From positions 682,001-746,000 of the forward strand of contig CDRNVI010000053.1 in NCBI GenBank assembly GCA_977017575.1: DNA of 64,000 nt, given 5' to 3'. Every line of letters begins with the position of its first letter. Position 1 is the first letter of the stretch. The notes under the pieces are model-generated. The model did no database searches, had not been told where the DNA came from, and saw only the letters and a list, made by a program, of their open reading frames with translations. Positions 53,141 through 61,535 of this stretch are shown here, piece by piece. The stretch is from Paramoeba atlantica (taxonomy: Eukaryota > Protista > Discosea). The translations under genes and the position numbers were made by a program.

Positions 53141-53426
53141 AAACCACAGTCCGGGTTATTATACCTAGGGACACCTATTGTACCTCCTAGGTATAATAAC
53201 TGTCCCTAGGGTCCTTATTATTCAAGGGTTTAACTCCTTATTATTCAAGGGTAAGTATTCAAGGGTTTCATCAGTTTCTATACTCTATTCGTCTATCTCG
53301 GCGTATCTTCGTAAATTTTTTTTACCCTTTTTTTCTCAAAGAAAAGTTATTATACCTAGGGACACTTATTATACCTAGGGACACTTATTATACCTCCTAG
53401 GTATAATAACCCGGACGGTGGTTTAA
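53139..53426. mobile_element. MITE with about 27-bp TIRs flanked by TTAA
   Basis: ttaa-accacagtccgggttattatacctagg ... cctaggtataataacccggacggtggt-ttaa (1 mismatch), with internal tatacctagggacac repeats. Confidence 0.75.
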
Positions 53427-53520
53427 TAATAAAAAGTAATAATATTGTTAATAATAAGTACTTTGACGGTACTCTTTTTTAAAATATTTTGTATGTTAGA
53501 CCAGAGCAGAAGTTTACTAT

Positions 53521-54339
53521 TACTGTCCCCCCCACTTAAGCGCAACCAGGTTTTGGTATAAAATTGCGCATAAGTAGCCGGGTCAAAAAAAGGGTAAAAA
53601 AGAATTTTCGCGCCGCTTCGCGGCGCGTGTTTCAATCATGAGTTATATACGCGGGGTGCCCTGGGGGGCTGCTGTTAATATACTATCCCCCCTATCCTAG
53701 CGTGGCTTTGTTGGGATGAAATGCAACGCTAGGAGGGGGGGCAAAAACTGGGGCCGAAGAATTGCTAAGCCGAAGATGTTGTGAGATTACTGAGGAACAT
53801 TTTCAAAAAAATCGCTGTTCAGGGTACATTTTTACCATAGCTTCACGGCAAGAGACAGTCTAAAAAGCAACACTAATGAGGGGGGCTACCGAGGCAACGC
53901 TAGGATAGGGGGGATAGTACTGTACCTCCCCTAGTTATCTGTCACAACTTTCCGTTGAAAGGTGACAGATAAGTAGGGAGGATAAGTTTCATTTTAAGAT
54001 TTTTTTGAAAAACAATAGTTAAGACAAAAGCGTACAGTACGTGGCAGGAGGGTTCCTCTGATGTACAGTACAGTATAGTATGCAAAGACTCGCCGTACAG
54101 ATCGGTGGAGGTCAGTGTGGATCAGAGGAGATCGCTGGAGATCGATGAAGATCATTTCTGAACGTCCAAAGGGACTACCTGCAGACTCTCCATTTCAACA
54201 GCGGCGAAAATTGGTACAAAAATTCGTACCACAAAAAAGAATCGCGCCGCTTTGCGGCGTTTTTCTTCTTAACGATGCGTCAAAATTGCACTTAAGTGGC
54301 CGGGTCAAACGGTTGCGCATAAGTAGGGGGGGAACAGTA
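53521..54339. mobile_element. TA-flanked MITE containing nested elements
   Basis: tactgtcccccccacttaagcgcaacc ... ggttgcgcataagtagggggggaacagta. Confidence 0.75.
53681..53919. mobile_element. Nested TA-flanked MITE
   Basis: Perfect 23-bp inverted ends including TA: tactatcccccctatcctagcgt ... acgctaggataggggggatagta. Confidence 0.8.
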
Positions 54340-54461
54340 GTACTATTAGTACTTTACTCGTATTAATCTTATTCTTTCTACTATTTGTTGAAAATAATGT
54401 AAGCTGCTACGTATTTGTACGGGCAATTTTTTTAACTAAAGTATTGTCTCATTTTGCGAAC

Positions 54462-55376
54462 ATGCCTACGCACGTGTTGTATGCACTTTTCAATGGTACG
54501 GAAGCGGAATCCCACCAAAGGCAGCCCCCTTTTCATGGTTTTGACTCCGTCACCGATCTAGTTCGACGGCGCTATGAAGAGCAGTGTCGTGTTGTCGCAG
54601 TCATGGTTCGTCTTGGTTGCCCATTTCTCATGTGCGTCGAACAAAAAATTAAGAAACGTACGGAATATGAAGATGAATTTTCATGGGAGCTTCTTGCCCA
54701 AGATATGCGCGTTTCCTTTCATGAAGCGTGGAATACTTACCAAAGAAATATTGCTAAAATATCTCTTCAGACGTTGATGGCTAGCGCACTTTTGTTACAT
54801 TCAGGGGAGTATTCACACGCTGTGGTTTATCAATGGGATACCAGGCCTCGGTTAGTGAATTACTCCTTAACCCCCCTTCTTCAACGCATGGGATCGATCG
54901 GTAAAAAGAAGTGGTTTGGTCCCACTCCCCGAGAAGCTGATGTAGAATACTTGGAGTATTCTTTTGAAGGTACACGAAGTGCGCTGGTCGCTTTCGAGGA
55001 CTCTGTGATGCGCAATGTGTTGTATGTCTTCTCGGATATTTTGGTAGAGTGTTTCGCAGTTTTGCCATTATGTGTGAATACGAAGTCAAAAGAAGGTCCG
55101 GATGCGCGTTTAGACCCGAAAAGAGCTCAACAGGTTTTTCTCACTAGGTCATGCGCAAATGGAGTGAAGCTTTTTGGTGCTGCGCTCGGCGCCGCGGCTG
55201 GTACTCATCTCAACGCAGGTCATGGGGAATGCTGGGGAGAGGCCTTGGGAGGCATGCTTGCTCAACTCTTTCTGTGGAAAACAAAGAACACTAAACCATA
55301 TGAGCTAACTGAGATGCCTATAAAAATACATCACCGATTGCGCACGTCTAAAATCGAAGGCATTGCAGATTCTTAG
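54462..55376 (+). CDS. Hypothetical protein (about 304 aa) with a Gly/Ala-rich hydrophobic C-terminal hairpin
   Basis: Uninterrupted ORF; LFGAALGAAAGTHLNAGHGECWGEALGGMLA. Confidence 0.7.
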   Translation: MPTHVLYALFNGTEAESHQRQPPFHGFDSVTDLVRRRYEEQCRVVAVMVRLGCPFLMCVEQKIKKRTEYEDEFSWELLAQDMRVSFHEAWNTYQRNIAKISLQTLMASALLLHSGEYSHAVVYQWDTRPRLVNYSLTPLLQRMGSIGKKKWFGPTPREADVEYLEYSFEGTRSALVAFEDSVMRNVLYVFSDILVECFAVLPLCVNTKSKEGPDARLDPKRAQQVFLTRSCANGVKLFGAALGAAAGTHLNAGHGECWGEALGGMLAQLFLWKTKNTKPYELTEMPIKIHHRLRTSKIEGIADS

Positions 55377-55746
55377 AAAACTTGTTTCGAAGACGTGGCT
55401 AAATAAGTGGGGCGGATTTGTTGTACAAGGATTATTTCAAAGCTAGTAGAGGTACTTTGAATTAATAAGTAGATGACCTTTAAAGTTACGTTTTCTTAAA
55501 CTTTGTAAAGTAATTTGTACCCCGGCTGCACATGACTTACAGTCAGCAAAACAAATTGATTTTTTTCTTTTGTATACAGCTATTGAATAAATAGCACGGT
55601 TGCGCTGGTAATGTGTGCTAGTAGTGTAGGCTATTAGTATAGGCATGAGTGTCAATGCTCAGCATAGAGTGTCAATGCAAAACAAGACGTAAGTAGAAGC
55701 GAACAGAGACCGCCCAGAAGCAAAATGACAGGTGAGCCACGTCAAA

Positions 55747-55997
55747 TCTACCGGTCGAGCAAAACATTTGGCATTTTTTTAATTTCGTCCTTCGAGATCA
55801 AAAAAACGTCAGATCAATATTTATGTGGACCAAAATTATTGGGGAAAAATTTTTCGTGCATTGAAATTCCACCCCCTAGCGCTCACAACGTATGGGATTC
55901 CGGGCCCTGAGAAAAATAAAGTCAGACCAATATTTATGTGGAACAAATTTTTTGGAGCCAAATAAAAGTGGACTAAATTTTCTGCTCGACCGGTAGA
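55747..55997. repeat. Small element with 15-bp perfect inverted ends and an internal direct repeat
   Basis: tctaccggtcgagca ... tgctcgaccggtaga; gtcaga.caatatttatgtgga occurs twice inside. Confidence 0.6.
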
Positions 55998-56018
55998 GGA
56001 AGAAATGGAACCCAGGAT

Positions 56019-56204
56019 GAAAGGGGCAAGGGATATACGTAGTAACAGGCGTGGCAGGTTCCCATTGAAAAGAAATGGCATCTCCCCGCACGAATTTCGT
56101 CTCCGAGCTAGCAAGCGCAAAGGCTGTTCTCGTGCGGGGAGATACCATTTCTTTTCAGTGGGAATCTGCCACGCCTGTTGCTTCGTATCTCCCTCGCCCC
56201 TTTC
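56019..56204. repeat. Long GC-rich hairpin (about 75-bp stem)
   Basis: gaaaggggcaagggatatacgtagtaacaggcgtggcaggttcccattgaaaagaaatggcatctccccgcacga pairs with 56130-56204 with few mismatches. Confidence 0.85.
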
Positions 56205-56366
56205 AGCCTCGGTTATGATTATTTACATGTATTATTATTCTATATCTACGAGAATTCCGAGTAGACATTACTAGTATTCCAAAGTTCTAATCTTGAATGC
56301 AAAGATAAATGTTGTTCTCTTCGGTCTAAAATGATGTTATGACAGCGCACTTCGATTTCCGAATAC

Positions 56367-57668
56367 ATGGCATATTTTCCTTCTGTCACTCTGCATTCTA
56401 CTCTTTTTGTTGCAATCGTTGCGTCCTTCATCCTTTTCCAAAGTCACTATCGAATATCCAGTCTTGAATTTTTGGTAAATAAGTTACCCTTGCGCCTAGC
56501 ACGCGGCAGATTACCTTCAAAATTGAGCACTTTATCACGCCGAAAACCTATACGCGCGCTTGTAGTCCTTGGATCTGGCGGTCACACAACCGAAATGCTA
56601 TACACTTTGCCAAATATCAAAAGCATGCTTTCTTTTTCTTATGTAATCGCGAGTAATGATAAGGGCAGCATATGGGCTCTCAAAGATTTCTCAAGTAGAG
56701 CACGGAAACAGGCAACTAACATTTGCCTGCCAAAAAATTCGTCACGCAAAACACATAACCCATTGAACAGTGCAATGGTCTATCGCGTGCCTCGTGCTAG
56801 AAGCGTTCGTCAAAGCTATTTTACATCTATTTTTTCTTTTTTACATTGTCTTATTGTTTCTGTCTTTATCTTGTTTCACTTCCAACCTGATATCCTCCTT
56901 ACTAACGGTCCAGGTACGTGCGTTCCGATTGCGTTGGCCACGTTCTTTCTTCGTCCTTGGATTTCATGTAAAATTGTATATATGGAAAGCTTTGCTTGCG
57001 TGCGTTCTCTTTCGCTCTCTGGTAGGCTTCTATACAAATTTTGTGACCTATTCCTCGTTCGCTGGAAAAGCATTGCTAAGATTTATCCGAAAAGCACATA
57101 CGTACCATCCGAAGGAGCAATTTCAGGTTATTTAATAGACCAAAACATGCTTCCTATTCGTGGGACAGGATTATCAGCTGATCCATATGTTTTGATTACC
57201 GTAGGATCCACTTGTTTTAACGAGTTGGTTAAAGCATGCGATGATCCCTGGTTTGTGAAATGTATGCATGAGAAATATTGTATTAACAAAATTTTTATGC
57301 AGATTGGAACCGGTTCTTATATTCCTCAACATCCAGACATAGTGCATTTTCGCTTCCAGTCTACCGGATTTGCAGTATCACTCGCCAAAGCCACTCTCGT
57401 GATTGGACACGCAGGGGCCGGCACTATATTAGATACACTTCAAGGTGCTACACCCATGATTATTGTTCCAAACGAAAGCCTCATGAATGATCACCAAACC
57501 CAGCTTTCTCAGGAACTGAGTGAAAGAGGTATTCTCCAAACACTTCGAATGCCCGAATTGAAATCAAAGCTTCCTATGTTACAGATTAAAAAATCTGAGA
57601 CTGGATTTGTGGCGGGCGCTTACGGGGAATATTTATCGTCGCATCTCGCCTTATTGAGTAAACCGTAA
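56367..57668 (+). CDS. ALG14/ALG13: Fused ALG14-ALG13 UDP-GlcNAc transferase
   Basis: VVLGSGGHTTEML, NGPGTCVPI and YMESFACV (ALG14), then VLITVGST, VIGHAGAGTI and VPNESLMNDHQ (ALG13), in one ORF. Confidence 0.92.
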   Translation: MAYFPSVTLHSTLFVAIVASFILFQSHYRISSLEFLVNKLPLRLARGRLPSKLSTLSRRKPIRALVVLGSGGHTTEMLYTLPNIKSMLSFSYVIASNDKGSIWALKDFSSRARKQATNICLPKNSSRKTHNPLNSAMVYRVPRARSVRQSYFTSIFSFLHCLIVSVFILFHFQPDILLTNGPGTCVPIALATFFLRPWISCKIVYMESFACVRSLSLSGRLLYKFCDLFLVRWKSIAKIYPKSTYVPSEGAISGYLIDQNMLPIRGTGLSADPYVLITVGSTCFNELVKACDDPWFVKCMHEKYCINKIFMQIGTGSYIPQHPDIVHFRFQSTGFAVSLAKATLVIGHAGAGTILDTLQGATPMIIVPNESLMNDHQTQLSQELSERGILQTLRMPELKSKLPMLQIKKSETGFVAGAYGEYLSSHLALLSKP

Positions 57669-58315
57669 GAATCTAAAAACGTTAATACACCGCATACCGT
57701 GATCCTCCTGCTTCATTATCTGTCATTTGACCCCTAATCATTTAATTATTAGCTGACATTAGTATCCATCAGCTGAACTACATGTAGTAACCATCAAGTT
57801 TCTCTCAGCTTATCGCTGATTAAGGGCTTGTCCATCTGTCAGGACCTTTTCCTAATTCCTCTCATTAATTTTTATAACTATAAATTTTCTTTTCGTTTAT
57901 CTTTCATGTTTACAAAAATTAATAAGAAGGGGAGTACCCCCTTGCTTATGGGTTCGGAACTCATAAGTGTATCAGGACGGAAACCACCACCCCACAAAGG
58001 AAAAATCAGGCACAAGGCTTCCCGCCAATTCGACAAGGTGACCCTAACGAGTAGGATATGTTCCATCACATCTATGGAGCTGTCAAATACATTTCCTCTT
58101 AGAAAACTTTCCCCTTAGAAGAAAGAGCTAACAAGCGTACCAGAACTGGTGGGACTCATAAGCAGGGGAGTATCGTAATACATGTACATTGTATTAAATA
58201 CATATGCATATTCATGCATGTAAATGATGCCTCTTGTAATTTACATGTAGTGTCATTAACTTTGCGGATCTATTTATTGAATAGTTATTCGTTCTAACTT
58301 GAATTTATTTCTGAC

Positions 58316-59755
58316 ATGGTAAAGCTTGACGCCACTATATTACAATACTTAGAAAAGGAGGACTTCCGCGTTCTCGCTGCGCTGGAATTGGCCATTCGAA
58401 ATCATGATCTAGTTCCCTCTCCCTTGATTGAAAGGATCGCTAATTTGCCTCGTGGAGGAGCACTGAAAAGGTTAAAGGAAATGCTAAAATATAAACTCAT
58501 CCATCATGATCGACAATTTTACGACGGATATGCGATGAAGTATGCTGCTTATGATTTTCTTGCCTTGCACACCTTTGCTCAACGAGGAGTGCTTTCCGGA
58601 ATTGGTTCAATGATGGGGTGTGGCAAAGAAAGTGATATTTATTTGTGCACTGACAAAGATGGGCAAGATCTTGTTATTAAACTGGAGCGCCTTGGACGAT
58701 GCTCTTTCCGAACAGTAGCTAAAAACCGGAACTACACGAAGAACGGTCGTCGTGGGGGTGCAAGTTGGTATTATCTTAGTCGTCTGGCAGCAACGAAAGA
58801 GTTTGCCTTTCTGCAAACCTTGTACGAGGAAGGCTACCCTGTGCCTCGTCCAGTAGACCACAATCGACACGCTATTGTAATGGAACGAGTCGATGGGGAG
58901 GTCTTGTACAACGCAAGAACGCTTCAAGATCCAACCCGGGCGTTTTATCAGTGTATTGATTTGATCGTTCGGCTTGCACAGAATGGATTTATTCACGGTG
59001 ATTTTAACGAATTCAACCTTCTTCTACGACGGGATACTGAGGAACTGGTGCTGATTGATTTTCCTCAAATGGTTTCCGTGCGTCATAAAAATGCGGTTGA
59101 ACTTTTCAACAGAGATATTCAATGCATTCACCATTTCTTCCTACGAAAGTACAAGCTGAGTTTTGACTACTGGCCCAAACTTGACATTGACGGTTCACGA
59201 ATAGGGTACTTAGATAGCCTTGTTCTAAAAGGAAAGTTTACTAAACAAGATGAAGAAGAGATGGAAAAGCTGATAAGTCAACAAAAGTCGTTGGAAGACT
59301 CACTAGAGCAAAGCTCCTCTGATACAGAATCTGCGTGTGGATCCTTAGATGGTGATTCTTCATGTGACGATGACTTAATATCTAATTCATCGTGTTTTCG
59401 AGATTCGAATTTAATGGAACAGGCAAGTAAGACGGATTCTTACGACAGATCAGTAAAAAATTGTCGTTCGTTTTCTGATTGCATAAACGCGGACCCGAGC
59501 AGTGAAAGAAAAATTCAAAACTCTTCTCTGAAGTGTGAAAGCACTTCAGATTGTTCAGGAGATATTGCCAGCGAATTTCTTGCTCGTCCTCATTTTTCGA
59601 ATCTAAAAGTAGATACCAAGCATATTCGTCAAAAAGTTGCGCAAGAAGGGGAAAGAAGAGCCTTTGGAGAATTCAAAGGTCGTTTAGCTCGCCGCAATCT
59701 ATTTAAGTCGCGCGACAAACGGCGTCTAAATGGGGAGTTAAGCAAATTGCTTTAA
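58316..59755 (+). CDS. RIO2: RIO2 atypical kinase
   Basis: EDFRVLAALE, GCGKESDIY, RLGRCSFR, SWYYLSRLAATKEFAFL, IHGDFNEFNL, IDFPQMVS. Confidence 0.95.
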   Translation: MVKLDATILQYLEKEDFRVLAALELAIRNHDLVPSPLIERIANLPRGGALKRLKEMLKYKLIHHDRQFYDGYAMKYAAYDFLALHTFAQRGVLSGIGSMMGCGKESDIYLCTDKDGQDLVIKLERLGRCSFRTVAKNRNYTKNGRRGGASWYYLSRLAATKEFAFLQTLYEEGYPVPRPVDHNRHAIVMERVDGEVLYNARTLQDPTRAFYQCIDLIVRLAQNGFIHGDFNEFNLLLRRDTEELVLIDFPQMVSVRHKNAVELFNRDIQCIHHFFLRKYKLSFDYWPKLDIDGSRIGYLDSLVLKGKFTKQDEEEMEKLISQQKSLEDSLEQSSSDTESACGSLDGDSSCDDDLISNSSCFRDSNLMEQASKTDSYDRSVKNCRSFSDCINADPSSERKIQNSSLKCESTSDCSGDIASEFLARPHFSNLKVDTKHIRQKVAQEGERRAFGEFKGRLARRNLFKSRDKRRLNGELSKLL

Positions 59756-60053
59756 AACTTGTAATACTATTTGATATAATGTATGTGCTGTGAAACGTAT
59801 ACTGAATTCGAGCAAAGGTATTATGAAAGGTATTATGAAACATAAACGTGTCTCCATTTGTAATAAATTCATTTGTTCCGCCTATGAAATAAACACTAAA
59901 ACGGATTTTTTAGGGTAAGATTGATTATAAGTTATGCATCTAGGACTGTATAGCTCATAGACAGCTAAATTTTAGTTAGAAACTACGTTGAGTTTCTAGA
60001 TCATTGGCATTTTGTCACTACCTTTGCTCTTACTCGCTTATCTAATTCTTACA

Positions 60054-61151
60054 ATGCGGCTATTTTATTCCGTTTCACAACGTACACAATACATCGGCAC
60101 CGTGCCTGCTAATTTTTTAGAAAACAGTAAACTTTTCCCTCAATTTGGTTTGTGCTTTTCTCCCTGTCGGCGAATTTCATTACTGGAGAAAACGGCTCTT
60201 CTCCTTGCTCGATTAGCTTCTATAAAAAGTAGCATTACAAAATCACCAGAATCTCTTGATCAGTCGTCACAAGGGAAAAAAGGTCGAAGCAATTACTCTT
60301 CCGTTCAGAAGCACTCTTCTGTTGAAAACAAAATTCAGAATGCTTTGAAGGTTCTTGTCGATCATCCCATCCCCTCTCTTACGGCGGGCATTACCGGTAA
60401 GGCAAGTAAACTTTTAAAAGAACGGTTCCCAGAGTTATTCGATGAAATTGATTTAGAAAAGAATTCTGATTTCTCTCTCGATAATCTGATGATGGACAGC
60501 GGACGGCTCGTCTACTGGAAATGTTCCAACTGTGAAAAATCGTTTCGTAAATCTGTTGTAGAACGGGTCTACCTAACAAAATTTTGTCCCTACTGCGAGG
60601 AAGCCAATCGCCGTCCACTGGACAAATTCTATCCGGGGATCGCTAAAGAGTGGGACATCCTACGTAACCCTCTCCACCTTCGACCAAAGTTTGTGGAGAG
60701 TTCTTCCCTTGATTCATTGTGGTGGAAATGTGCAAAGTGTACCTATGGCTTTGAGGCCACCGTGAAGGCTCGGGTGGGCGGCGAGAGCTGTCCCAGGTGT
60801 CACCCCGTCCACGGAAACTGGGCCCTTCGACGTCCCGAAATTGCCAAAGAGTGGCACCCACTGCGGAACGGCGACCTCCGAGTGACGGACTTAAGCGAAA
60901 AGCACAATCGGTTGATCTGGTGGATGTGTCCGAAGTGCTCGTTTGAGTATGAGGCAGGGCTTCGTGATCGTACCGTGAAGGATGTAGGATGCCCTCTGTG
61001 CCAGACGCAGCCATCGCGAGGGTCCGAGGAAAAGACTCCAAAGCCGAAGCAGAGCGAACCTACGCAGGGGAATACCGGGCAAGAGGCCATCTCCACCGAG
61101 TCTGTTGCGGGGGCGAAAGACAAGACAAAAAAGAAGCATCCGAGCAAATAA
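60054..61151 (+). CDS. Protein with three treble-clef zinc-ribbon repeats (DUF4379-like), probably mitochondrial
   Basis: Three units of P(E/G)(L/I)..E(W/I)...N.....S...WWxCxxC...(F/Y)....R......CPxC. Confidence 0.82.
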   Translation: MRLFYSVSQRTQYIGTVPANFLENSKLFPQFGLCFSPCRRISLLEKTALLLARLASIKSSITKSPESLDQSSQGKKGRSNYSSVQKHSSVENKIQNALKVLVDHPIPSLTAGITGKASKLLKERFPELFDEIDLEKNSDFSLDNLMMDSGRLVYWKCSNCEKSFRKSVVERVYLTKFCPYCEEANRRPLDKFYPGIAKEWDILRNPLHLRPKFVESSSLDSLWWKCAKCTYGFEATVKARVGGESCPRCHPVHGNWALRRPEIAKEWHPLRNGDLRVTDLSEKHNRLIWWMCPKCSFEYEAGLRDRTVKDVGCPLCQTQPSRGSEEKTPKPKQSEPTQGNTGQEAISTESVAGAKDKTKKKHPSK

Positions 61152-61535
61152 TATGTTGCTGCCTTCACATTATTGTAGAATTATTTGCTTCGTGCTATTC
61201 AAAATTTCGATTTTTGCATATACGTAAAGCAAGTGCAATGTAGCACAAGTAAAATATGTCTTAATGCGATGTACACTCAGTAACTTCCGTACGTCATGCA
61301 CTTGAGTAAGTTACGCGTTTACATACGCTTGTGCTGTACATACTACAGTCTGTAGGAATTCTTAGGGGTACAGTATTTTATATGTACTTAACAAAAATCG
61401 GAACATTGGTCGCTAAATACATCTCGACGATAAAGCTCATGTATTTCGCATTATACGTCATACTTATGTTATAGTAACTACTTAGTAAGTCTTACTAACA
61501 TTGCATACTTTTTTTACTTTATAGGACACTTCCCT

